This document shows positions 21,153-30,615 of a stretch of DNA of 64,000 bases, one piece after another; position 1 is the first letter of the stretch, and each line of letters opens with the position of its first letter. The notes beneath the pieces are model-generated. The model had not been told where the DNA came from and searched no databases. It saw only the letters and a list, made by a program, of their open reading frames with translations. Source of the stretch: an uncultured Acidobacteriota bacterium (GTDB lineage: Bacteria; Acidobacteriota; Thermoanaerobaculia; UBA5066; Gp7-AA6); NCBI GenBank assembly GCA_963784935.1, contig CAWATD010000001.1, forward strand, positions 20,991-84,990, given 5' to 3'. The translations under genes were made by a program, and so were the position numbers.

Positions 21153-21994
21153 TCAAAAGAAAGACTCCTTCACGACGACCACGTCGTTCGGCTCCAGTAT
21201 AGGGTCCCGGTCTTTCCCCGACAAGATTCGCTTGTAGTCGACGACGATCTCGGTGTCCTTGCCGTCGGCCCCGCGCCGCTTGATGCGGACCTTGCTCGAC
21301 GCGCGGTCGGTCGGTCCGCCGGCCCGAGCGATCACGGAGAGGAGCGTGATCCGGTCGTCGGTGCTGAAGTCGAGCGCCCCGGGGGACTTCAGCTCCCCGA
21401 TGCAGAAGACGCGGATCGACTTGCGCGGAGCGACGTTGACGACGTCGCCGGGAACGATGGGCACGTTCCACATCGAGTTCGCGTTGTGGAAGAGCTCGTC
21501 CGTATCGACCTCGAGCGTGTCGGAGAGCCCGTTGTCCGCCTTGCGGAGCACGTAGATCCTCTTGCCCGCGTTGTCGGTCAGGCCGCCGGCCGCCGAGATC
21601 GCCTGCAGCAGGTACCAGCGCCCGGAGATCGTGAGCGATCCGGGCTTGTGCACGGCGCCCACGACCGAGACGGGCTTGCTCGCGTACTCCTTCACGATCA
21701 CCGAAACGTTGGCCCGGTTGACGTACTTCTCCTTGAGGAGGCGTTCGAGCTTCGCCCCCGCCTCCGTCGGCGTCAGGCCCGAGACCGGAAACTCGCCGAT
21801 GAGCGGGAGCGCGATCGTCCCCCCTTCGGACACGCGGCGCTCGACGTTCAACTCCGGAATCTCCAGGACCTTGATCTCCAGGAGGTCCTTGGGGCCGATC
21901 GGGTACTCGTTCGGCACGTCCTGCGCGAACGCCGCCCGGGCGGCCGCGGCAGAGGACGAGCACGGAGAGAAGACGGGTAGCGGGCGCGCCTCAT
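21153..21994 (-). CDS. wza: Polysaccharide export outer-membrane/periplasmic protein (Wza family); one frame break in the signal-peptide region (about 21980)
   Basis: ORF 21153..21917 reads YPIGPKDLLEIKVLEIPELN...GTIALPLIGEFPVSGLTPTEAGAKLE (Poly_export domain), followed by SLBB-like repeats. Upstream, MRRAR plus PLPVFSPCSSSAAAARAAFAQD forms a signal peptide once a 1-nt shift is allowed. Confidence 0.85.
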
Positions 21995-23306
21995 CGGTAG
22001 AACAACTCGTCGAAGGTGAAGGCGGTCAGCACGCGGAACGCCTTGCGATCGAGCCCGGGCAGCGGCGACTGAAACTGGGACTCCGTGGCCGTCGTGGTCC
22101 ATACGATCTTGCGGAAGATCGTCGCCGTAACGCCTCCGCCGTAGTCGAGGGTCTTGTCGGTGTGTCCCGGCGTCACCGTGCCCCCCGCGGTCGTCGAGCC
22201 GTAGACGTTCGTGCCCCAGATGCCGACGGCCCTGAGCTGGATGCCTTCGTGAACGGTGAAGTTGATGCCCCCGCCGTAGCGCGTTTCGAGAAACTGCGGC
22301 ACGAGAATGCCGTACGTTTCGCGCCGGTCGCCGTAGGCCTGGAGCTCGACGGTCCGGGTCAGGTAGTACGACACGAAATACCCTCCGGTCGGCGTCGAGT
22401 AGCTCGCGAAGCTCGAGCCGTTGTAGGGCTTGCCCTGCCGGTACCCCCCGGCGAGGGTCACGTAGAAACGCGGCCGGTCGTAGCGGATGCTCATCAGGTA
22501 GGCGTCGCTCTGGTTGTCGTTGATCTGGGGGACAGAACACGAACTCGGTGATCGTCTTCTCATAGCCGAGCCCCACGTTCAGGGCCGATGAGAAACGGTA
22601 GCGAACCCCGGCCCCCGCCGATCCCTCCGTGCGCTGGAGCCCGTTGGTGTCCACGAGTCTCGCCCGACAAATCCGAGTTTCCGAAGCGCAGCCGGGCCAC
22701 CTCCGCGTTGGCGTAGAGGGAAAAGTTCGAGGCGACTTCCACGTCCATCTTGATCGACCCGTCGAGCGTCGTCTGGATGACGGGAGCCGTGCGTCCGGGA
22801 GCTGATGTACTGCAGGGCCTTCGAATTGAATCCGCCGACCTGGAGAGCGAGGCGCGGTTGAAAAAGCCCAGCAGATACGCCGAGTAGTTGCCCCCGAAGA
22901 AGCTCCTGGCCGAGAGGTCCTGGTACCAGACGTACGCCGGGATCGCTTCCCCGACGACATAGAACTTCGAGCCGGCCGGAATGAGCCACTTGAAATCCGC
23001 CCGCCACGGAGGCCGTATACCGGGCCACCTCGAGAGGCGCAGGAAGCCCGAAGACGTTGCTGTCGTACCCGGCATTGTAGAGGCGCAGCACCGGGGAGAA
23101 CCGGAGCGGTCCCAACCGGAAGCGATACGTCTCGGCCTGGCTCCTGGACCTGCTCCTTGCCCGAAACGGTCCTCGTCCTGGCCAACCTGGTCGGTCGAGA
23201 TCTGGCCCGCTGCGGACGCCGCAAAGAGCAGGCCGAGCGCCAGGCCGGCGAGCAGACGGCGAGAATCTCTTTCCGCTCCGCGGCGAACCAGTGGCATCAT
23301 CGGCAT
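21991..23306 (-). pseudogene. Outer-membrane beta-barrel protein of the EPS locus (porin-like), 3 or more frame breaks
   Basis: Signal peptide: MPMMPLVRRG...LLAGLALGLLFAASAAGQ. Alternating beta-strand patterns follow: RLYNAGYDSNVF, FYVVGEAIPAYVWYQD, FSLYANAEVARLRFGN. The C-terminal piece 21991..22563 reads YVTLAGGYRQGK...RVLTAFTFDELFYR and has an aromatic-rich terminus. Confidence 0.65.
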
Positions 23307-23321
23307 CAACGTGCCCAGGTC

Positions 23322-24781
23322 ATGAGACTGAAGACGGCTCAAAAGCTGCGCGCTCTGGCGCGCGCCTCGTTTGCGCCCACGGACTCGGGGCGGCTGGACG
23401 TCGGGGCGTTTTCTCTCCTGCTCCTGCTGGTTTTCATTGCCCCGCTCCTGTACGGCAATCGGCGGCGCCGCGATCGCGCCCTTTCTCGGGCCGGGCGTGA
23501 GCCGGTCATCCGACCTCCTGTTGGAAGTCTTCGCATTCGTCATCGCCGGCATCACGTTCCTGTCCCGCGCTCGCCTGCGTTCCCCCGGCCGACTGGCGGT
23601 CCCGATCGGAGCGATGATCGGCATCGCGGCTCTCGGGGCCCTCCAGATCCTACCAATCCCCCAGGCAATCCTGGGGTCCATTGCGCCTGTGAATCTCAAA
23701 ATTTACCACGAAACCGGGCAAATTCTGGCTCTCTTCGACCGAAAGCCCCCGGTTCCAAGGATTTCGATTGCGCCGTCGGCGACCGCTGGCGGCCCTGCTT
23801 CTGGTTCTGGCCTGCTTCGCACTCTTCTTTTCCGCCTCGAATCTGCTGCGAAACCGGGAGCGGCGCCGGCTCTTCGCTCTCGTGTTTTTCGCGGCCGCGA
23901 TCCTGCGGATTCTGATCGGGACGCTCGGAGGAATCGGCGCGGACTCCGGCCTGAGCTCCGGCGGAGCCGTGGGGTATCTCGAGCTCGCCCTCGCGCTCGC
24001 CTTCGGCGCCCTCTGGGCGGAGATCCTGACCAATCGCGACCGCGCCGCGGGCGGGTCCGCCGACGCGGGGGATCGCTTCGAGACCCGGTCCCTGCCCCTG
24101 GCCGGCCGCTTCCTGCTCTGGGGCATCGTCGCCTTCGGCGTTTTTGAGACCGGCTCGCGCGTCGCCGCACTCGCGGCGACGATGACGACCCTGGCGGTGC
24201 TCGCAATCGGCGTTTTTCATCGCCGCGTCCACTTCCACCGCCAACGCGCCGTCGGCGTCTCGCTCGGGCTGGTCGCAGTGGTCCTGTTCTGCGCGACGCT
24301 CGCCGGGGCACGGCCGCTCGTCCGCTTCCTCGAGTCGGACCCGGCCGGCCTGAACACGAGCTCCCGGGTCACCATCTGGCGAACGGCCTACCGCGCCTGG
24401 CAGGATTTTCCGATCGTCGGATCGGGCTTCGGGACTTTCCCCGAGGCCGTGCGGCGGGTGCAACCGCGAGAGCTGGCGGGACGCATCGAGCACGCCCGAT
24501 CCGACCCCTGGCAGATCCTCGTGACCGGCGGCGCCGTCGGGGCCGTGCTGGTCGGCGTCCTCTACCTGTCGCTTTTTCTCGTGCTTCTGCGGTCCTTCCG
24601 CGACCAGCCGCACCGTGAGGAGAGCGCCCTGCTGCTCGGCGGATTCGGCGCGCTGCTGACCCTCAGCATTCACGGGCTCATGGACTCGGCATATCTGGCG
24701 CCGATGGTTCCGGCGATGCTCGCCTGCCTGGTCGGAGCGGCCTGGGCGGCGGCCCGAGAGCCCAGGGGCCGGCCCTCGTGA
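23322..24781 (+). pseudogene. O-antigen ligase / Wzy-like polymerase family membrane protein, 2 or more frame breaks in the N-terminal third
   Basis: ORF 23768..24781 reads ETGSRVAALAATMTTLAVLAIG...SSRVTIWRTAYRAWQDFPIVGSGFGTFP...IEHARSDPWQILVTGGAVG. This is a Wzy_C-like motif arrangement with many TM helices. The N-terminal helices lie in the frames of 23157.. and 23371... Confidence 0.7.
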
Positions 24782-24835
24782 GCCTGACGCTTCTGTAAGG
24801 CGCCGGCGCGCCGGTAGTCCGCCGAGCCTGTTCCT

Positions 24836-25621
24836 CAGGGAGTCGGCGTTTCCGTTGGCGTCGTCGGTGTATCCGTCGGCGTCGGCGTGTCCGTCGGCGT
24901 ACGGTCGTGTCGCGGCGTCGGCGTATCCGTCGGCGTCGATCGTCGGCGTGTCCGTCGGCGCGGGTCGGCGTATCCGTCGGGTCGCGTTCGTCGGCGTACG
25001 AGTCAAAGTCGGCGTATTCGTCGGCGTCTGAGTTGCGGTCGGCGGCACGGGCGTCGCGGTCCGCGTGATGTCGGCGTCGAAGTCGCAGTCCGCGTCGAAG
25101 TCGCGGTCGCTGTCCGTGTCGGCGTCCGCGTCGCGGTCGCCGTCCGTGTCGGCGTCCGCGTATTCGTCGGCGTCCGACTCGGTGTCAGCGTAAAGGTCAA
25201 GGTCGGCGGGATGAACGTCCCGGTCGGCGTGGCGCTGCTCGTAAAAGTCGATGTGGGCGTGTTGGTGCGGGTCGGCGTCGAAGTCGCGGTCGCCGTCGAT
25301 GACGCTGTCGGCGTCCTGGTCGCAGTTGCGGAGCGGGCCCGACGTCGGAGACACGCCCGATGTGGCGGTCGGGGTCGGACTACCGGACGGCGAGGCCGTG
25401 GGAGAGGCCGTCGCGAGAACCGTGGGGCTTACCAGCGCCGGCGTTCGCGTCGAGGACGGCGCCTGCGTGGGCGGCTCGGTTCTCGTGATCGGAGCAGTGG
25501 GAGGGTCCTTGAAACAGGCCACGGGAGAAATCGCGATCCAGAGGAGCGGAGCGAGGAGCTTCCATCTCGAAAAAAAGCTCCGGCGTGCCCGGCTGCCTGC
25601 CGGGGTTTGCATTCGTGTCAT
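24836..25621 (-). CDS. Secreted Pro/Thr-rich low-complexity protein (possible lipoprotein); frame through the repeat region uncertain
   Basis: The N-terminus reads [36 protein letters not shown], a hydrophobic stretch ending in Cys, though the lipobox is not canonical. It continues [42 protein letters not shown]. Downstream, the PT frame (for example [43 protein letters not shown] 25003..25200) ends with ...[10 protein letters not shown] and a stop at 24836. Confidence 0.45.
24840..25340 (-). repeat. Low-complexity Pro/Thr-coding repeat DNA (ACGCCGAC-type motif)
   Basis: The plus strand is dominated by gtcggcgt(c/g) iterations. Depending on frame it translates as TPTxT, DADxD or RRRR. Confidence 0.6.
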
Positions 25622-25718
25622 GGCGATTAGGTAATTCTACAGGCTTGCGTTTTCGGCAGTCCAAGTCGGCCCGACGCGTCGGGGGAAAGATGGTACGGCG
25701 CCGCCGCAGAAACGGGCG

Positions 25719-27160
25719 TTAACCACCGGGTTGTTCAGGGGTTCGGGTCGGGCTCGGCTGCGGAAACGGGATCGCTTCGAAGGGGATCCTCACGACGGTC
25801 CACGACTGGACCGGCCGGCCGTTCTGGACTGCGGCCTCGAAGCGCCAGCCGCGGACCGCCTCGACGGCCGCCTCGGTGAGCTGGCCGCGCGCGCGCTCGA
25901 GGACGACGATGTCGAGCGGGGCCCCCGTTTCCGACACCAGAACGCGCAAGACCACCACCCCGCGGGTCCGCGCCTTCAAGTCGTCGGGCGGGTAGATGGG
26001 ATTCGGGGAGACGATCGGGCGCAGCGGCCTGTCCCGTTCGTCGGGCCGTATCGGCGTGGCGGCGGCAGCCGTCGCGGTCCGCGTCGCGCGCGGTGGCCAT
26101 GGAGTCCAGGTCGGCACGCGGGTCGCGGAAGGCGGCACGGGAGTCCTGGTCGGAGCAGGTGTCGGTGTGTCCGTTGGCACCGCGGTCGCGGTGGGCGGAA
26201 CGGGAGTCCTGGTTGCCGTCCGCGTCGGCGTGTCCGTCGGCATCGGCGTCGTGGATGGCGGAACGGCAGTCCTGGTCGGCGTCCGCGTCGCCGTGTCCGT
26301 TGGCACCGCAGTCGCGGATGGCGGAACGGGCAGTCCTGGTTGCTGTCCGCGTCGGCGTGTCCGTCGGCACCGGAGTCGCGGATGGCGGAACGGGCAGTCC
26401 TGGTTGCGTCCGCGTCGGCGTGTCCGCGGCCGGCGTCGCGGATGGCCAACGGCAGTTCTGGTCCGTCCGTCGCCGTGTCGGCACCGCAGTCGCGGAGGGC
26501 GGAGTCCTGGTCGGCGTTCGCGTCGGCGTGTCCGTCGGGACCGGAGTCGCGCTCGCTGTGGGAGGACTCGGCGTGTCCGTCGGCACGGCAGTCGCGGAAG
26601 GCGGAACAGGAGTCCCGGTCGGCGCCAGCGACTCACTCTCGACGGGCGTAACGGTCGCCGCCGGCGAACTTGGCGTCTCGTCCGGTGGCGCCACGATTGC
26701 CGCAACGGCGCTCTCTGGCGCCGCCGAGCCATCCGGAGGATGCCGCCCCGTCTCGTCCAGCGTCGGAATCGAGGAAAGCGCCGCGTCCGGGAACTCGCGC
26801 AGCAAGATCGATTGGAACGCCTGGCGTTCCTCGGGACCGGAGATCGGCCTTGCCATAAGCCGCGAATTGCCCTTCCACGAGCAGGAAACGCTCGAGAGTT
26901 GCCTTCCGTTCCTGCGCCGAGCGGCCGGCCGCCGATTGCGCGATCGCCAGAAGGGCAAGGCTCTCGAGGAGTCGGGTTGGCTGATCGAGCAGCGCGAAGC
27001 TCGCGATCCGGAGGTTCTGGACTGCTTCCGCGTAGCGCTGCAGCGCAAATGCCTCCCGCCCCGCTTCGATGCGCGCCTGTCCGAAATCCTGCGCGGGCGC
27101 GACGCCTGCCGCGCCATGGAGCAGAAGACCGACCGAAAGGGCCGTTCTCAGGGCCTTCAT
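25719..27160 (-). pseudogene. TonB C-terminal-domain protein with N-terminal signal peptide, helical domain and 21-aa Pro/Thr tandem repeats; 3 or more frame breaks
   Basis: The C-terminus (ORF 25719..27620) reads PIYPPDDLKARTRGVVVLRVLVSETGAPLDIVVLERARGQLTEAAVEAVRGWRFEAAVQNGRPV, the TonB_C signature. The N-terminus (26633..27160) reads MKALRTALSVGLLLHGAAGVAPAQD. The middle carries repeats such as PVPPSATAVPTDTPTRTATRT. Confidence 0.7.
26060..26640 (-). repeat. 63-bp (21-codon) tandem repeat array, about 8 units, coding PVPPSATAVPTDTPTRTxTRT
   Basis: The unit ggcggaacgggcagtcctggttgc(t/c)gtccgcgtcggcgtgtccgtcggcaccg(g/c)agtcgcggat recurs head to tail. One unit has lost a single base (ggttgcgtcc versus ggttgctgtcc), which creates a frame break. 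Confidence 0.75.
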
Positions 27161-27187
27161 GGGCAGGGTCAGGCGCTCGTGCTCTTC

Positions 27188-27664
27188 CTATCCTCCCGGG
27201 CGCGGCGTCGGGGCGGACTGGGGCCGCGGTGTGGGCGCCAACCTGGACGGAGCCGCCGCGGGGAAGGCGAGCAGGCGCCGATGAAACCGGGCCTCGAACT
27301 GCGCGCGTACCGAGAGGTCGAGCTTGGCCTCCCCGCAGGAGGGAAACCGGCGCTCGACCTCGGAGAGGCGTTCGATCGTCGCCTTCGCCTCGGTGGGCTT
27401 CTCGGTCGACGCGCTGACGAGCGCAAGGTAGACGAGGGACTCGCAGAGCAGGGCCGGCCGATCCAGGAATCCAAAAGCGGCGATGCGGAGCTCGCTGACC
27501 GCCTCCGCGGAGCGTCCGGCCGCGTATGCTTCCTTGCCCTCGCGAAGCCGCGTTTCCGAAAAGTCCGCCACCGTCCCGGAGATCTGCTGGCCGGCCGCCG
27601 ACGACGCGAGCGCCACGCAAAAGACCGAAGTCAGCGCGAAAACGACTCTCATGGAACGCCTCAT
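27188..27664 (-). CDS. Small secreted protein, paralogous to the N-terminal helical domain of the adjacent TonB-C protein
   Basis: The sequence runs MRRSMRVVFALTSVFCVALASSAAGQ, then LREGKEAYAAGRSAEAVSELRIAAFGFLDRPALLCESLVYLALV. This aligns with AGREAFALQRYAEAVQNLRIASFALLDQPTRLLESLALLAIA in the 26633..27160 piece. Confidence 0.55.
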   Translation of the reverse strand: MRRSMRVVFALTSVFCVALASSAAGQQISGTVADFSETRLREGKEAYAAGRSAEAVSELRIAAFGFLDRPALLCESLVYLALVSASTEKPTEAKATIERLSEVERRFPSCGEAKLDLSVRAQFEARFHRRLLAFPAAAPSRLAPTPRPQSAPTPRPGG

Positions 27665-27776
27665 TGTTTGGATGCCCCGATGACGACGAGCATGGATCCG
27701 ACCGCCTGCCTGGACGCCTTCGAGTCTATCTGATCCGCCGGCCGGCAGGGGCCGATCAGCGGATATCCTTGGCCGC

Positions 27777-28707
27777 ATGGAGCCATCGACGACCGCTCGA
27801 ATCCTGGATGGGGCCGGTCTTGCGCGCCGCATGCGTGAGCAGGCGCGCGGCCAGGCGGCCGAAACTCCGGGGGCCTGCCCCATACCTCCGCGTCCTGCTC
27901 GTCGGCGAGAACCCGGCGTCGCAGGCGTACGTCTCTTCGAAGGCGAAGGCGGCCGCCGAGGCGGGGATCCGGGCGGAGACTCTGCGGCTGCCCGTCGACA
28001 TCTCGCCGGCGGCGCTGCTGGCGGAAGTCGCGCGCGCGAACGCCGACACGCAAGTGGACGGGATCCTGGTCCAGCTTCCGCTTCCGCCCGGCCACGATTC
28101 GGCCCGGGTCCTCGACTCCGTGCACCCGCTCAAGGATGTCGACGGATTTCATCCCGAGAACGTCGGGCTTCTCCACCAGGGGCGGCCGCGCTTCGTGCCC
28201 TGCACGCCCGCCGGCATCATCGAGTTGCTCGCCGCCTACGAGATTCCGATCAAGGGCGCCAGAGCCGTCGTGCTCGGACGCAGCGACATCGTCGGCAAGC
28301 CGATCGCGGCGCTGCTGACCGCGCGCGACGCGACCGTGACGATCTGCCATTCGAAGACGCGAGACCTCGCCGCCGTCTGCCGCGAAGCCGACATCCTGGT
28401 CGCCGCGATCGGGCGGCCGGGCTTCGTGACGCGCGAGTTCGTGCGCGAGGGCGCGGCCGTCATCGACGTCGGCATCAATCGCCTTTCCTCGGTCGACGAT
28501 GCGCCCGAGGGCCTCAAGCGTTCGGCGAGAATCCGGAAGGCCATCGAAGAGAAGGGCCGGGTCCTCGTCGGCGACGTGGATTTCGACGACGTGGCTCCGA
28601 TCGCGGGCTGGATCACGCCGGTGCCGGGCGGCATCGGACCGCTGACGGTCGCGATGCTCCTCCAGAATACGATCAAGGCCGCAGGGCTAAGAACCAATAG
28701 AAAATAA
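27777..28707 (+). CDS. folD: Bifunctional methylenetetrahydrofolate dehydrogenase / methenyl-THF cyclohydrolase; one frame break near 27860 (extra A in gaaactc)
   Basis: The start reads MEPSTTARILDGAGLARRMREQ. After the shift the sequence runs LRVLLVGENPASQAYVSSKAKAAAEAGI...VDGILVQLPLP...KDVDGFHPENVG...VVLGRSDIVGKPIAALL...TICHSKT...PVPGGIGPLTVAML. Confidence 0.9.
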
Positions 28708-28749
28708 GGATAAACAGTGAAATATCCTAATTTTATTAGAGCTACTTAC
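28688..28749. other. 62-nt AT-rich block (about 26% GC) spanning the folD stop and the esterase start
   Basis: The block reads taagaaccaatagaaaataaggataaacagtgaaatatcctaattttattagagctacttac, with flanks near 70% GC. It contains the inverted repeat AGGATA-N10-TATCCT followed by a T-rich run. Confidence 0.7.
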
Positions 28750-30422
28750 GGCTATGCGCCATTGGCGCCTATCTCCTTGCGGCGCACGCGCTCCGGGCCG
28801 AGCAGCCGGCAGGCCTGCGCTTCGAGCTCTCTTTTCCGGCCAGCGTCCAGAGCAAACCGGTCGACGGCCGCGTCTTCGTCATCGTCACGCGGAAAGCCGA
28901 TCCCGAGCCTCGCCTGCAGTTTGGGAAGTCCGGAGGCCAGTACGCCTCGACGCCCTTCTTCGGAGAGGATGTCGCCGCGCTCGGGCCGGGTCAGCAGGCC
29001 GTCATCGACGGCCGCTCCGACGGCTACCCGCTCGACCGCCTCGCCGAGCTTCCGGCGGGCGACTACTTCGTCCAGGGATTTCTCAACGTCTACACGACCT
29101 TCCACCGCTCCGACGGGCACGTCGTGAAAATGCACATGGACCAGTGGGAGGGGCAGAACTTCCCGATCTCGCCCGGCAACCTCTACAGCGAGCCGCGGAA
29201 GATCCATCTGGATCCCGCCGCGAGCGAGACGATCCGGCTCGTCCTCGACCGCAGGATTCCCCCCATCGAAGTGCCGAAGGACACGGCCTACGTCAAGCAC
29301 GTCCGCTTCGAGAGCCCGCTGCTCTCGAAGTTCTGGGGGCATCCGATCTTCATCGGAGCGACGATCCTGCTCCCGAAGGATTACGACCGCGACTCGGGCG
29401 TCTTCTACCCCGTCAACTACGAGCAGGGGCACTTCTCGCTTTCGGCCCCCGGCGGGTTCGGTGAGAAGGTCGCGCTCGCGCCCGATGCCACGGACAGGCA
29501 AAAAGAGCGCGCCCGCCAACGGGAAGAATTCGCCACCCGCTGGATGTCCGACGCGTTTCCGCGAATGCTCTTCGTCACGTTCCAGCACCCGACGCCGTAT
29601 TACGACGACTCCTACGCCATCGACTCCCCCAACAATGGCCCCTACGGGCAGGCGATCACGACGGAGCTGATCCCGTACATCGAGAAGCACTTCCGCGCGA
29701 TCCCTCAGCCGTGGGCGCGCATTCTCTCGGGCGGATCCACGGGCGGATGGGAATCCCTCGCGCTCCAGATCTTCTATCCCGACTATTTCGGCGGGACCTT
29801 TTCCTACTGCCCCGACCCGGTGGACTTCCACTACTTCGAGATGGTCAACATCTACGAGTGGGACAGCGCCTGGTACCGCAAGGACGAGTGGCGAAAGACG
29901 CCGATCCCCGCCGAACGGAACCCGGACGGCCTCGTCCTCTCCACGATGAAGGAGCAACTCCAATACGAAGGCGCCATGGGCACGGGCGGCCGCTCGGGCG
30001 AGGACTGGGACTGCTGGCAGGCCGTTTACGGCCCGGTGTCCGATACCGGCCTCTTCAAGCCGCTCTTCGATCCGGCGACCGGAGCGATCGACCACGGCGT
30101 CGCCGCGTACTGGAAGGAGCACACGGACCTGAATGCGTATCTCCAGCGCCGCTGGAAAGAGATCGGGCCCAGGCTCGCCGGCAAGATCCACATCTGGACC
30201 GGCGACATGGACACTTACTACCTGAACAATGCGGTCTACCTGCTCGAGGACTACCTGAAGACGACGAGCGCCCCGCCCTGGGGCGGATCGATCACCTACG
30301 GCCCCCGCCAGCCGCACTGCTGGGCGGGGCCCTTCACGCTCGAAGAGCGGCTCAAGATGATGGCGCAGTACGTCGCGGCGACGGCGCCGCGCGACGTCGA
30401 CCGGCCGTGGTGGCGGGAGTAA
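28717..30422 (+). CDS. Secreted alpha/beta hydrolase, putative-esterase (enterochelin-esterase-like) family; probable frame break near 28750
   Basis: ORF 29124..30422 is extended upstream in frame by my own translation: LCAIGAYLLAAHALRAEQPAGLRFELSFPASVQSKPVDGRVFVIVTRK... The nucleophile elbow is SGGSTGGWESLAL (GxSxG). No in-frame start exists. GTG 28717 (MKYPNFIRATYG) plus a 1-nt shift yields a plausible signal peptide. Confidence 0.65.
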
Positions 30423-30490
30423 CGGTTTCAAACGGGCAGGCTCGAACGCCCTCGACCGGTCAGGCAGCCGGTCGTCGCACCCGCTTCACC

Positions 30491-30532
30491 GTTCGAATTC
30501 GAACACCTCGATCCCGCAGCCGAACAGTTCGG
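30491..30532. promoter_or_regulatory. Two palindromes upstream of the macA-like operon (candidate operators)
   Basis: GTTCGAATTCGAAC (30491-30504) is a perfect 14-bp palindrome. CCGAAC-A-GTTCGG lies at 30520-30532. Both are built on GAAC/GTTC half-sites. Confidence 0.3.
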
Positions 30533-30615
30533 CGAACGGGCGGAGCGCCCAGGCCACTGTTTTCAAGCACTTAGCTTTCCCCCTCCTGGCACGCTTCTCG
30601 CCCTATGAACCGGTC

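Noticed and set aside
24900-25330. An Asp-rich reading ([21 protein letters not shown]) of the repeat region looks like an acidic calcium-binding repeat protein.
   Set aside because: It is the same DNA as the PT frame, shifted by one base. PT linkers using the identical motif occur in four other genes of the window, and the PT frame terminates cleanly at 24836. The uncertainty is noted in the feature.
25670-25683. The perfect 14-bp palindrome CCCGACGCGTCGGG downstream of the TonB-C gene could be a Rho-independent terminator.
   Set aside because: The loop would be only 2-4 nt, and no U-tract follows on the minus strand. It may be a protein-binding site or chance in GC-rich DNA, and there is not enough evidence to annotate it.
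24840-26640. Regularly spaced short repeats could be mistaken for a CRISPR-like array.
   Set aside because: The repeats are contiguous with no unique spacers. They have a 63-bp or shorter coding periodicity, translate to Pro/Thr linkers, and lie inside genes with a signal peptide and a TonB_C domain. No cas genes are present.
1-28000. Programmed ribosomal frameshifting or recoding could explain the many frame breaks.
   Set aside because: The breaks occur dozens of times, in unrelated genes, in both directions (+1 and -1). Where inspected, they sit at different sequence contexts with no shared slippery site or downstream structure. Indel error or decay is far more parsimonious.
30587-30601. 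TGGCAC-gcttc-TCGC resembles a sigma-54 -24/-12 promoter upstream of macA, which is attractive given the NtrC-type activator at 39119.
   Set aside because: The -12 element is only about 15 nt from the GTG start, so it would give an essentially leaderless GTG mRNA. The -12 box is TCGC rather than TTGC, and no upstream activator sites were recognised. It is too weak to call.
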